Position numbers and translations under genes: made by a program. From positions 262,801-326,800 of the forward strand of contig JAKMXF010000155.1 of the NCBI GenBank assembly GCA_024704765.1: a DNA stretch of 64,000 nucleotides, written 5' to 3'. Every line of letters begins with the position of its first letter. Position 1 is the first letter of the stretch. Positions 13,500 through 27,019 of this stretch are shown here, piece by piece. This DNA is from Oopsacas minuta. Its lineage: Eukaryota; Animalia; Porifera. The notes beneath the pieces are model-generated. The model saw only the letters and a list, made by a program, of their open reading frames with translations. It did no database searches and had not been told where the DNA came from.

Positions 13500-14127
13500 A
13501 TTACTGAAAGATTGATTCTATACTTTCAGGTTTAGTATTTGTTTTGTCTCTGGTAACTACTCTGCCTATGACACTAAACAGCCTTTCAATAGAAGAACTA
13601 GATGCAATATGGGCATGCGGGACACTAGCCATATGTCCAAGACGAAAAAGCTTATGGCATCCAACCCCTTTTTCTTTCCACCATTCTAGTGACTCAACAT
13701 TCGTAGTAACATCCGCATGAGGTAGGCTTTGTAATATTGGATTAATTATTCCAGATAAGTCAACATTACTAGACTCTCTGGATTTTGATCTTCAATGGGA
13801 TTGTCATACTTATCTTGAATCTTCTAAGAGGGACATCATGAAATTCCTCAAATTTCCGTCAGTCTTGGAATTTTTTCTTGTTGTGATATTGGCACTGGAC
13901 TCATATCCATTACTTGTAACAACTGTCTTACATACCAAGGTATCTCCGTTCCACAAACTCCAATTCTTTTGATTTCGAGAAAACAACGTATCTCTTTCTC
14001 GATAATTTGGAGAAAACTCAAAGAATTCCATCTGGGATCTAAAAGACAGAAATTCCATTAATTCTTTCTTTTTAGTATCTATATCCGTATCTAAATCAAG
14101 TAACAAATTTTCGAACTTCCCTTGCAA
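13500..14127 (-). pseudogene. hAT transposase C-terminal fragment (dimerisation domain)
   Basis: Minus strand reads LEWWKEKG...IASSSSIERLFSVIGRVVTR, matching the hAT WW...SS..ER.FS pattern. Termini not found. Confidence 0.75.
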
Positions 14128-14599
14128 TATAATTCACTCTATTCCTCTCTAGCATTAAACTCGAGTATTTTGTCTCAATATATATAAGTTATTCAGGACT
14201 AAGTTATTTTAATAGAACCTTGGTGGATGGATGGCATTTTGAAATTGTAGGATAGTCCCTTGCAAAAATATTTCGCAAGGTTAACAACAGAAATGAAGTT
14301 GTTAACATTTTAATTTTTGTGTCACTTGTCACGTATATGCCATATGAATAGAATACTGGGACCAAACGGAATAGAATGTGAAAATTGCATCTTTAAACAG
14401 AGTTAGATTTATTTGCATAGTTGAATACTAACTGTTCTGCAGCATTTGTGATTTACTAAGGAGTAGCGCTTATATATTTGATTTGTGCAATTTATGGCAC
14501 ATATGATAGGAAAAATATTGTGTTAATAATTCATGTGCACTTTTGTTCTTAAGCCTTTCTAAGAATTCATCCTACTGTAATTAGGGGCCTTATTCACTA

Positions 14600-15216
14600 C
14601 AGAGCTGCAAATGGGCCACTGACCTATGGGTCAATGGGTCAGATGGGTCACTTTTTTAAGATGGGTCAGTGGGTCATGGGTCATGACCCATCAAAATTGT
14701 ATTTATATACAATGTAGGCTTAAAAGAGTTATTTGTCAATTAGCAAACCTTCTAAATAGAGTTAATAGAGGTGGTCATTATACTAAATGTTTGGATTACT
14801 ACAAGTAAGAGCTTTGATCTCCTTGATTTGTTGGAGCAGAATAAACTTAGGTTTCCATTATTATCAATAATTGCCATGAGACAATTGGTAATTCAGGCAT
14901 CCTCATCCGAAAGCGAGAGACACTATAGTGCCTTTAATGCTCGCATATCGTAACATCTCAACGGAATGCAATGTTGCCAGAAACTATCGAAGCTGTCTCT
15001 GTTGTGTTGCAAGGATATAAAAACAACTTGATTTAATTATTGTGTTAGACTAAATACCTACATTATACTTGTTCCTAATAATGAAATACATAATGGGTCA
15101 GAATGGGTCATAAAATAATAAATGGGTCATGACTCATGGGTCAATGGGTCATGGGTCACTACTTCGATGGGTCACATGGGTCATGGATCACTTCATGTGA
15201 CCTATTTACAGCTCTG
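14600..15216 (+). mobile_element. Internally deleted non-autonomous copy of the hAT at 29752-32291
   Basis: Same CAGAGCTGCAAATGGG termini and ATGGGTC subterminal repeats. Perfect 8-bp TSD ATTCACTA. Retains only the dimerisation-domain coding segment. Confidence 0.95.
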
Positions 15217-16922
15217 ATTCACTAACATTTTAATACTTTTTCAGAGCTATCATTCTTATAGTGGCATACAAAGTGATATAAATATGACTGAACCTTGGCA
15301 TTTTGATAACAAGCTACTTTCAGGTTCCCAAGCTTCATATCCATGCCTAATGCATGAAAAATATTCAAACATATTCAAAATTTGGGAAATCTTATTTTTG
15401 CTTATTTTTAACATCAGCTGTTGGCCAATTCGTCTATACATCCCCAAGCGATACAATCTTCAATTCACATCAACTTTTAACCATCAGATTCGTAGTCAGC
15501 ATCAAATTTCCAGCAATATGATAGTTCACTAGGAGCGTTCCCAAGGTTTTGAATAACCAGGGTAAGGTCGGCACCAAGGTTTCCAATCCAAGGGCAAAAT
15601 CTTATTATATTTAGCAATGGTGATCTGAGGATCTGTCAGACCCGTGGCCGTGTCGTGGCCATTACTTTCCAATTCCGTCCCACTGCCTCGTTTGCCACCC
15701 GCTTGTGACCGCCAGTGTGGGTCACTTGACCATATTGGAGATATATCTCCCTAGCAACGGTGTAAAGTCTCAGGAATGTAACAGCATTCCATTCTCAAAT
15801 TGTGTCTTAACCCCGCCGAGTGACCCCTCGTTTTAAGCAAGCATCTAGGAGAACTTAGTTTAGTTAGACACATATCGACCTTCTAAATCTTCTTTAAAAT
15901 ACGATTATACGGGATCTGTCCCTCTGCCTAATCAGTACTGTAACTACTTTGTGTGGCCCCCCCGCCAGATCATGTTGGAGGCACGTCTTAAGAAATCATG
16001 ATATTGGTTAGCAAATTAAGACCTAATGCAAAATTAGGTACCAAAAACAAGTAATCAAATATGCATGCGAAAAGTACAATTATTTTAATTCGAGTACTTT
16101 TCGAATTATCAGCCAAGGGGTAATGCCTGTAATGGGGCTCCCTGGAAGCGTAGTTAAGCCCTGTGCCTGATAGTTTTTCATTTATTTCTTACACATAATG
16201 TCATCCTCTCTTTTGGTGAGAAATTTGCTATAATTGCTAAATATATAGTGAAGATGTATATCATAGCATTTATCCAAGTTGACATGGTAAGTCATGAAAA
16301 ACACACAGTAGCAGTTTGTCACTATGTACATTGTTCCCAGTTAGTAGACTTTGGATAATTCTTCATCTGAATTAGGTATATTCTTGTGATTAGCCATGAT
16401 ACTAGACCAGAACGATACGTGCTAGCTGCTTCGAACGTGAGTCGCTCAATGGGGTGAAATTAGAGAATAGAATGTTGTTACATTCCTGCGTTACTTCTGA
16501 AAATATCTTTTAATTTTGTCAAGTGGCCCATCAAATTGGTGGAAATTTGATGCTGAGTGCAAACCTGTTGTTTAATAGTTGATTCGATGTGATTTGAAGA
16601 TTTTCTCGCTTCGAAATGTCCCTGCCAGTTGGTCGACCTCTGATATTTTCAATGGCATTGGGAAGTGTAGTGGAATTAATGCATAGACAGATTAGTAACA
16701 AGTTTCTGGTAGGTTGTGTGTTTCTTCCCTGAGTATCTTTAGGTTAGTAAGTCTTCTTCGGGTTAGGGTGATACTTGGAAATAGTTAGGTACTCTGTGAA
16801 TACCTACGACATTTTGATTATTTATAAATATTGGCTGCCATTTCAGTCATATCGTTGAGCCCATTTTCACCTGTTTCAATTGGCCTTAATTAATTCCTGA
16901 AACTTCTATTGATAGTTGATTA

Positions 16923-19200
16923 CACAGTGGCATGAAATGACTAAAACCTCAAAGTAAGTATTAGGGTACTAGATAACGTATCAAACCATATTATTGACAT
17001 ATGGGGAATCGTACCCAAAGAATCGATTGACGTATTATATTTCTTCTAGTCTTTGGGTGTGAAAGTAATGACGTCATTGTCACATTCTAAAATATTTTGA
17101 TTTTTTTATCAATTGTAATTAAGCCAATTTGTGAGCTATGTTGAAGAAATTGAATGTTTTATGTTTTGATATTATTAACACTATTTAATGTACATTTTTA
17201 TTAGCTTATGTCCCCACATTTCTTGTTGTAAAATGACTTACCGTTCATCGTGAATTTGGTAATATTACGAAAGGTTGCAAAAATTGGATCACTTTGAGAG
17301 ATAAGCCTGACGAACACATCTTTAACGTTGTCTTCAAAGCTAAATTTTTTTGAGAATCTCTCGCGGTATCGCCCGACCAATTTATTCCAAGATTCAAGGC
17401 CTTCTTAAGACAAATCTTCTAAGCTAAGCCCATCATTATGATCTCCAATTATTCGTGGTGCATGGGCTAGAAGTTTATGCAAAGTAGGGGGTTACATGTG
17501 CCCATGAAAAATTGATTAAAATGGATTCGTAAGTCTCTCGGCATACATTATCGCGGCCTTCAGTGTTCAATTTCCTTTTGCTATTATCCAATCTCAAGAT
17601 AACACTCAAAATATTAAAGATTGTAGTGACAACTTGATGTGTCTCTTGAGGAACAACCGTCCATACCCAATAGAGAAACTCTCCCCCATATCATCGCTAC
17701 GTGTGAAGCATCTCGTGACAACATTTCTGGTTGTGGTGGCTCCGCCTTGGACTGATGGTGTGTCAATGGATATACTAAGTTGTTCTTCAATAAGGCTAGT
17801 AATACATTTCTTGGTCACAAGAATTATTGGCGAAGTTGGTGACCATTTTTGAATAGCACCACACTGTAAGTGCCGAATCAATAATAGGAACCAACTAAAT
17901 GTTCTCAAATATGCACGTAGAGGAGAAGCTGATATGATATCTTTTTCTGAGATCGGTTTGTGTGTTATATTGAATCTTTGGTTAGTTAGCAAAGACAAAA
18001 ATTCTTCTTCATCAACCTTCACAAATACATCACGCGCATCATGGATTGTCCTATTTATGGGAAAGCCATTTTAAACTATGCTAATATCGTATATCTGTTT
18101 GAACGTTGCAGTACACATTTGACAATTAGCACCACCAGTACCGCTTAAAATTTTTGCCATCTTTGTATCGAAATGAGATCTTATGATCTTGGCCTCTGCA
18201 TTGCCATTGTGTAAACACAAACCACTCTCTTCAATAGTTGAAGTTTCGTTATTTATTAATGAGTCCATCAAAAACTTGACACTCTCTTCATTTTCTCGAA
18301 GGGCTAAGAGGGCAACTGGTCGAGTGCAAAATGGTGAATTCGGATGATCAGGTTTCCATAGCATATGATCATTTGCATTTATGATTGCGTTAACCTTGAA
18401 ACCAAATAAAATGAAGGTTTTAGTCGAGAGGTCAGGGTTAGATATAGCTTGCTGATAAACTCGATGACACCCAGATCCATCTAAGCCATCGGATACTCGA
18501 ACTTTAAGCGAATACACAAGGTTATCAGGACTTAAGTTAGATACAATTCGTTCAACTGTATGGGTGAGTAGTCTGGTGTAAGAAATACCTACTCCACATG
18601 GAAATTCTCTTGAATTATACGCACCTCATCCAACAAATTAATTTGAGCCCGATGTTTAGCTACACTATTGTAGCCTGGTAACCTGAGATCTTCAGATGGT
18701 AATGTACGCCGAAGTTCTAAATACTTAGTTTTACCGATCTCAAAAGATTCGAAAAGAAAGGCAGATTTATCAAGTGATAATTGTGGATAGATAGGAGATG
18801 AGTTCCCCTTCTCTAGTATCTCTCTACAAACATTGGCACTATTCATGTCCTACTCCTCATTGCAACAAAGTAGTAAGAGATAAGTTGCAAGAGTCTTTGG
18901 AGATACATGCTCGTTTTCAGTGACTGATTCGAGGTGAGACTTAAGAGAAGAGAGCCGACTTCTCAAACCTTTGGTCGTTAACTCAGCGAGCGATATCTTT
19001 TTTGAAAGATTAAAGTCTTCTTCAAAGTTAATGGTTAATGAAGAAGAGGCACTTAACCAAAGCTTCTTTAGCAGAGGACAGAAGCATATGGAATTCAAAG
19101 TATCAAGGTCCGAATATTTATGAAAAGAGGCTCTCTCTTTTGAATATCATTGAACTTCAAACGAAAGAAATTTTGCTATCTCGATCAAAACCATGAGTTG
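16923..19200 (-). mobile_element. RAG1-like/Transib element 1, decayed, only one end found
   Basis: Minus-strand fragments GLDGSGCHRVYQQ, PNSPFCTRPVAL, HFDTKM...GGANCQMC, SPLRAYLR, TLHKLLAH and LS*EGLESWNK...RYRERFSKK. Stop at 17201-17203. CACAGTGG at 16923. The 5' boundary is approximate. Confidence 0.85.
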
Positions 19201-19322
19201 AATAAATTGGTCTGCGATTGAACGTGCGCTAAGTAATTTATACTAATAATAAAACTGAAAAGCTTGAAGATTGTTCATTTTCTAGATGAATAATATATTA
19301 TATATTAACAATATTGTAAATA

Positions 19323-20142
19323 CAGGGCAAAAAGTAATAGAATAACATGTGTTTTTCAAGAATTTCAAAAATATTTTCGATTTACAATTTTTGAAGGTGT
19401 TTATTATTAATAATTATTAGATAATTATTGATAATCAAAATATGTGGTAACTCAAAGCCTATTAAGAATCTATAATTTCTGACTTGATATTTGAATTCTA
19501 CGTAGGCGAGTTACCCCAGATTGAAATTTCCAATCGGATTGAACAATTTTACCAAAGCTATAAAAGAATTTCAATTTGTCCCACTTGTGCCACTTTTTTT
19601 AAAAAGTGGCACAGGTGGCAGGAAAAAGCGCCACTACAAGGAGATCAACTAGGGCTAGGAGGAATAAGTCGATGTAATATTTTCGAATGATATGACTATG
19701 CTAACCCTTGAATTACAAAATAACCTCTTGGTAGCGGCCACTTGTACCACCTTGGGCAAAAGGTGGCACAAATGGCACAAATGGCACAAATTGAAATTCA
19801 CCTATAACTCTGGTAAAAATTGTTCAATCCGATTGGAAATTTCAATCTGGGGTAACTCGCCTACGTAGAATTCAAATATCAAGTCAGAAATTATAGATTC
19901 TTAATGGGCTTTGAATTACCACATATTTTGATTATCAATAATTATCTAATAATTATTAATAATTAACACTTTCAAAAATTGTAAATCGAAAATATTTTTG
20001 AAATTCTTGAAAAACATATGTTATTCTAAACAAATTACTAGATAGCAGCTACGAATATAGACTACACAATATATAGGAGCAGGAAATGTCTACAATTTAT
20101 GACAATGCATTTGTGTGTTCGAATATTTCTCTCCCCTGACTG
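19323..20142. mobile_element. Second copy of the foldback MITE family of 6158-7058
   Basis: Same arms, with the core in opposite orientation. The left arm has an internal deletion of about 100 bp. TA on both sides. Confidence 0.85.
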
Positions 20143-21879
20143 TATATTTATGCATGTTTGTTTTATAAGCGTGTAGAATGAATTCTGAAATCTAAGAAAT
20201 AAGGAACTTTTGGGGAAACTCTTTCTCACACTGGATGAGTGTTGATTTTTTAATGGAATCTTTGTAAAAATATGTGATGAGAACATTTATTTGTATCATT
20301 TAAAAGCTGAATTTTGTAAACACAAGCATAAAATTGTGATTAATTCTACGTTTTGATTATATCGCTAAGCAAGCATAATATTTATATAAAATTTTAAAAG
20401 AGAATTTTTTAAAATATTCGATAAATTCAAAAGTTCATGTTGATTGAAACTATATTTGCGCGAATTTTCGGGAACCTGGAAATTGTTGTATTTTATAGAG
20501 AATTCAGAATGGTATATTATAAAACTCAGGAGACAACTTGACAGAACGCGACAGATGAAGTTTTGAGACTTCGAAGTTAAGTGACGACAGAATATCTAAC
20601 AGAAATTATATCAAAATATTTGAGCTATTTTAAGGATTTATTATTTGCTCTCTGCTTATATAATCACAATAATAAGAGAATAGTCGAAAATGCCATGGAA
20701 TGAAGTCTTTGGAATGTATTAGTCGCTTAGATACTGGAAATTAAGTTCATTGATATGAATGAATATCTGTGGCTTTCAAGAATAATTTCTGAGCAGGAAA
20801 TTGTAATGCTTATATATATTCCAATTGTTACTAAACTAGATGATGGACCATAACAATTTTAGACATTTCAAGTAATGGGATATTAGTCTTTCCAATGAAC
20901 TTTAAATGGTTACTAAATATCGGATTGAAATTTTCACCAATTTCGAGGAGATGTACCATTGTGGGTTAGTTGTTAGAGAATGTATTCAGTTATTCTATCC
21001 TCGTGTAATCATCAATCTAATATTTTTCTTAAACATAAGTTCCTAGCATATTGAGATACCCTTGAATGTGAAAGAATAGTGTTAATTGTTGAACATCAAT
21101 TTTATGTTTACACTCCACCTCATTTATATATTTTATATGGAATTGCCAGAATTCTATGAAAAATTCTAACAATTTGACTATGTATTTGACTTAGAATTTC
21201 TAGAATAGGAACTTATTTGCTAATATTTCTAGAATCTCTTATCCAAAAACTTTTGATGAATATATGCTACATAAACAGGAGATATTCCCATAGTGGCTAT
21301 CGTCTATCCTAATTCCTAAATATCATCAGTTTTCTCCATCATATCTGGGTCTTTGGAAATTGAAATTTTTGTTATTGCTGGGCCTTCGCAATGTTCTATC
21401 ACAGTTTTATCTTAGAGCTTCAGGAAATTGATATATATATATATTTTGTATATATACATTCAATGATAGTACCTTCTTGAATTATGCCTAATGTGTTTTC
21501 ATTTCTGTAGCTTTAGTCAAGTCATTGATCCTAGCTATTCAACTATTCCAAATTTATAAGTTTCGGTTGGGTTCAGGTCCATCGCCATGACTCCACCTAC
21601 CTAAATTGTCCCAATTTCTAACTTACTATTTATCCATTTAACGGCTTTTAGTAGTTGTATACGCCTTAAATGTAGATACTTGATTAGTTAAGTAATTGAA
21701 GATATATAGCCAAATATGTATTACGTCATAATATCATATCGTCACTGAGATTGCAAGAATCTAATATTAACTTGTGATCTAATAAATATATCCAGATTGA
21801 ATATCAATTTTCTGTTATTCTAATATAATACTTGGTGAAAATTGCAGAATTTAAATCAGAATTTCAAAAATCCAAGGAG

Positions 21880-22040
21880 CAGGGTTGTATCAGCTCATTT
21901 TGAGTTGGCAAAATCAACTCATTTTATTGAATGAGTTGAATGAGTTGAATGAGTTGGTTACATCCAAATGAATGAGTTGAATGAGTTGGTAGAAAATATG
22001 AGTTGATTTTGCCAACTCAAAATGAGTTGATACACACCTG
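21880..22040. mobile_element. 161-bp hAT-type MITE with internal (GAATGAGTT)n repeats
   Basis: TIRs of about 43 bp and a perfect 8-bp TSD CCAAGGAG. Confidence 0.85.
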
Positions 22041-22704
22041 CCAAGGAGTGTTTCAGAAAATTAATGCTATTTTCAAATCCGAATGCACGATTAATAGCTC
22101 TTTTTTTTATTTTATTGATTTATCCAAAAATGGTATACAGTGTAATCATCTTATCAATTATTTAGCATCGAATAATTACAAAGGTCTTGTAGAAATTAAA
22201 TTTTGAATTCAGATTTGAATTCTACTCACATATCAATTTATTGTATTTATCCTGCCAGTGGCATAAGTAGCGGTGAAATTCACCACATAACTGATTGAAT
22301 CAAATTTTGTTTGTCTAAGCAGTATACAGATTGTACCAAATACTATGCTATGATTATTGTGGATTGCCGCGGACCTGTGCACTAATAGGATGCTATACAG
22401 GACTATACAGTATACCCTGGAGTGCCCTCATGACGGTAGGAGACGTTCCGGTTGATCTGGTTTCACCGAACCAATTTGATGGCTCCATATGTTTTTGTAT
22501 GGGTTTCCACGGAATATTTGGTTCCTGTTATCATTTTGTGACAGTTTCTGCCCAATAGTATGTTCCTTGCTACGGCCCTTACCTCTTGTGCACTTAAGGT
22601 ATGTGAATAGGTACAACATTCCCACTTTTCTTCGGCCCTGGGAGCTTATTCATCTGTTTGATTAATTGAACTGATAAACATGTACGCGCTGCACTGATCA
22701 CATA

Positions 22705-24055
22705 CAGTGCAGGTCAAAAAGAATTGCTCAGAATAATTTTACCTCACATTCTTATCTCTATGACTGATTTTAACTATAATGCTTTATTATAATCAAGTAA
22801 ATTGTCATTAGTATTTAGTAGAACCTCCTCTTGCTTGAATTACGGCTTTACATCTTTACGGCATACTCTCAATTGGAGTATGGAGCCTGTTAATGTCGAT
22901 GCTATCTCAAGTGCTTAATATGGCATTCCACAACTCTGAGTGGTTGGATGGGCTTTTCTCTTGAATTCGGATGGAAATGTGATCCCAAAGATTCTCAATT
23001 GGATTTAGATCAGGTGACTGAGCAGGCCAATTCATAACCTCTATTTTTTGCTCACCAAGCCATTGCTTAGACCCTTTGACCAATGGCTTGGGGCGTTGTC
23101 TTGCTGAAATGTCCATCCAAAATGTAGAGAATGCTAATTAACGCTTGGGATTAGTGCATTTTCCAATATATCAATGTAGGAATTTGTCTTGAGGTTCCCA
23201 GATACTTTCCACAAGAGTCCTACACCACTCCAGCAAAAGCATCACCAAACCATGATGCCACCTCCACCAAACTTGCAAGTTTTTTGAAGACACCTCCCTG
23301 AGATCTTCTCCCCTTTCATCCTCCTGATGTATGCTCTCCCGTCATTAGTATACAGAAAGAACCTAGATTCGTCACTGAACACAACTCTTGCCCATTCTTC
23401 TTTATTCCAATTCTTGTGCGATCTTGCGAAGGAAAGTCGGTCTCTTTTGTGCTTGGTAGTAAGGCGGGGCTTCCTTCGCGGTTTTCGTACGAATAGTCTA
23501 GCCCCTCGTAACCTTCTCTGAACTGTTGAAGTGGAAAGTTCTATCGAATATTCTGATAACACTTCAGCTTTGATCTGAGTAGAAGTCTTAAATCGATCCT
23601 TTTTGCATTTTCTGACCAATGAATTGTCTTGCCTTTTGGTTGTGACACGAGGCCTACCCGGAATAGCGAGGTCTCTTACCGAGCCAGTTAGCCTGTGTTT
23701 CTTAAGGATCTTGGCTACACTTTTTTTGGCTACACCCAACCATTTTAGCTATCTCCCTCTAAGTATGGTCACTTTCTGAAAGTAGTATAGGGTTGCTTGA
23801 TTTTCAATGGAAATTCTGGGTTGTGAAAGCATTGTAAACTCGATAAAAACGGATAAATTGGAAAAAATAATACAAATAAAATCGGTAAGTTGTGCAAATG
23901 TACTGAGTGGATTAGCTGTGTTGGTGTGTTATTTGTCAAAATACATATGGCTGAGTATGGTTTCGCAAGAATTCAACTATCTGGTCAGCGTATGCATTAT
24001 GACATTTACTATACTGTATACATTCATTTTGAGCAATTCTTTTTGACCGGAACTG
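22705..24055 (-). mobile_element. Tc1 (DD34E) element, decayed
   Basis: TIRs CAGT(G/T)C..GTCAAAAAGAATTGCTCA and TA TSD. Motifs VVFSDESRF, FQQDNAP and WPAQSPDLNPIENLW. Confidence 0.92.
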
Positions 24056-24344
24056 TAAATATATTTGATTATATCTATGGAAACGAGTTTCATTTCATAA
24101 GCAAACAGAAAATATAGGAGCATTCGAATATGAAGAATGTTAATTTGGTAGTGTGTGCGAGGTTTGTATTGTACTATTTCTAAGTCTATAAATGATAAAT
24201 TAATAAAATATTTTACCCATGGTTCATGAAAATTCCTTATAATTTCTTTTCGAGGAAATTTTCACTGTTGGTTAGTAATACATTTTGACAACCAATACAG
24301 CACCGTTTGCAGGATTTTGAGAAAATCGATTAATCCGCTATATA

Positions 24345-25617
24345 CAGGGCGACAATTAAGTTCTGATACATAGTTCCATAGATCTGATACATTTCAAATT
24401 TATTATATTACCATTTCTATCATTTATATTATAACATATATGTCTTCCTGTTATGCTCAAACAGTAATCTAAATCTATATACGCATAAAATCAGAAATTT
24501 CAAGATGGAAGTAAAGAGGTAAAAAATTATCTCATTATTTATAACCGGATGCACCCAGAGGGAGATGTAGAAAAAGCTGAAAAGTGAAAAGATCAACAGA
24601 TCATTCATTTATCGTACTATTAAATAATATAACGGTACTGAAAAGTGTAGAGGACAAGCCTCGTTCTTGGCGACCGACTACAGTTCGTATGAGAGCACTA
24701 AGGGAAAAACTCCGCAGTAGAATCCGCCGAAGTCCTAGGCGGTCAATCCGGAAGATGGCAAGGGAGTACTCTGTTAATCACGAAACAATGCGAAAGGTGA
24801 TACATGAGGACCTGGGACTTAAATCACTCAAACAAAAGGACTTGAATGGTGCTAAATGCTTCTGCGGCACCTAGTAAATGAAGATTATGAACGCATATTG
24901 TTTTCGGAAGAAAAGAGTTTCACGGTAGAAGAAGCAACTAACTGCCAAAATGACAGAATTATTGCGTCGTCATGCAAAGACATCCCTGAGAGCATTAAAT
25001 TCATCAATCGAGTGCAAAGACCGCTCTCTGTAATGTTCTGGACTGGAGTGTCCGCAGATTCTTGGACAAAATTGATTTTTGTCCCACAAGGGGTAAAAAT
25101 TAACTCGCAAGCATATAGAGATTTGATTCTTGAGTCTGTAATCAAATCTGCTGGTTTATCCTTGTTCAAAAGCACACCCTGGATATTCCAGCAGGACTCT
25201 GCGCCAGGGGATGGCTCGAAAGCAACTCGATCCTAGCTTTTAGGGGAAAATATTGACTTTTTGTCCAAGGAAGAATGGCCTTCTTCAAGTCCAGATTTGA
25301 ATCCACCTGACTCCTCCGTCTGGGGGAGTTTACAGAGCAGATCCTGCGCTGCTCCCCATAGAAGTTTTGGAATCTCTGCGGAAGGCTTTGATTACAGAAT
25401 AGGCGAAAGTTCCGCAAGAAGAACTCCGTAAATCTGTCCAACGGTTTCAAGGACGACTTAAAGCTGTAGTAATGGCAAAAGGCGGTTATATCAAATAGAA
25501 TTGGAATGAAGATTTATTATGATATGCTTTAACTGCCAGTGAAATTTAGATTGAAAGAATAACTAGTTTAGGAAAAACCAGAGTTTATTCGTGTATCAGA
25601 GCTTAATTGTCATCCTG
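24345..25617 (+). mobile_element. maT (DD37D) element, decayed
   Basis: TIRs CAGG..GACAATTAAG.TCTGATAC and TA TSD. Motifs ILFSEEKSF and FQQDSAP...WPSSSPDLNPPD, with 37 residues counted between the two Ds. Confidence 0.9.
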
Positions 25618-27019
25618 TATATCAGATTATTATCCGGCCCAACATTTTTCATCAGTATTTCATAAACTGTACATTATTGTTCTCAAAATGTTTTATTGAC
25701 CGATATAAAATCCCCCCAAACTACTAAAATCAAAGTTATCAGTGCTCTATCCATGATCAAACTGCATTTCTCACCCAAAGGTGATGGAAATATGATAACA
25801 CGCGCTCAAATCCAGCAATATTACAAATTCTTCTTCCATGAATATATATTTCTGGATTCCATTTACGTTTTATATACTGAATCAATAGCATTTTAGATAA
25901 CATAATAATTTGGTTTTCTCTCAGAAAACCAAATTTGAGGTAGCCTATAGTATCGATTTAACTATCCAAAGATTACTCTGATAGTGGCCATATTTTGATA
26001 CATGCCAAACATTTTTGCATAATTTTGATTATTTCTGTTTTTTCTTGGTGATATGATTTAGCCTTCAAAGTTGCTATATATGTGTATTGATCGTATCCAA
26101 TAATATTCGTAGTTTCATAGCCCATATACGTATTCGCAAATTCCAAGCCTGTTATCGATTATTGTAGTCTTATTGCCATTTTACTGTGAGGACGTAAACC
26201 TATTTAGCCTTATATGATAAAATACTTACCTTTCTTCAGGACCTATGTATACCAACAATTAACTTTAAAATTGATTAACAATTGTTAGAAAAATTCGGAT
26301 ATTTTAAGTTTGTGAAGTTATTGCGAGGCTGGGGTTACCTAACCTAATCATTCTAGATTGGATTGGTTCATATAGCGTAGCACACGATCACTTGGATAAA
26401 ACTGAAGTATAGCACATAAGGCATACTTCACTAAATAATTATCACTGGCTACCTTCGCTAGCTTGGTCGCTGTGCGACAGCATAGGTCTAAAGTTAGTTT
26501 AAGTATCAAATAGCTCCATTTCTTGATGCTTTTGGTCACTACGCGACGGGATATGCTAAGCACTACATGTCTCGGAGTGAAATTTTTGTGGGAATTTTAT
26601 TTCCCACAAAAGATTTCACCCTATGGCCCATCCGAATTCCATTTACTGGACTTTGTGGTAATAGTGGAACTCTTACGTTAGTTTAAGTTAATAATACGTG
26701 GGTTAAGTTCGCACTTCGTGTCTCGAATAATATGAAACGACCCTACTGAGGCACTTGATATAGCTGTATCAATCTGTTTAACACTTTCAAAAAGTTGCAA
26801 AATAGCCATTGAACATTTCATCATATTATCATCATTCAAGAACACAACGGATCAAACATTGTCAAAGGAAATCAATTATATGTCAGATATATACTTGTCT
26901 TATACTGGGGCATTCAATATGTCTTGCGAATGATATCATAGAACAGGGTACAAACACCATACAAACTATTTCACTACATTATTTATTCAAAGTAATCACC
27001 TCCTGCAGATACCCAAAGT

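Noticed and set aside
20320-20345. ATTGTG|ATTA as the missing 5' end of Transib element 1
   Set aside because: Poor match to CACAGTGG and no clean TSD with the left flank.
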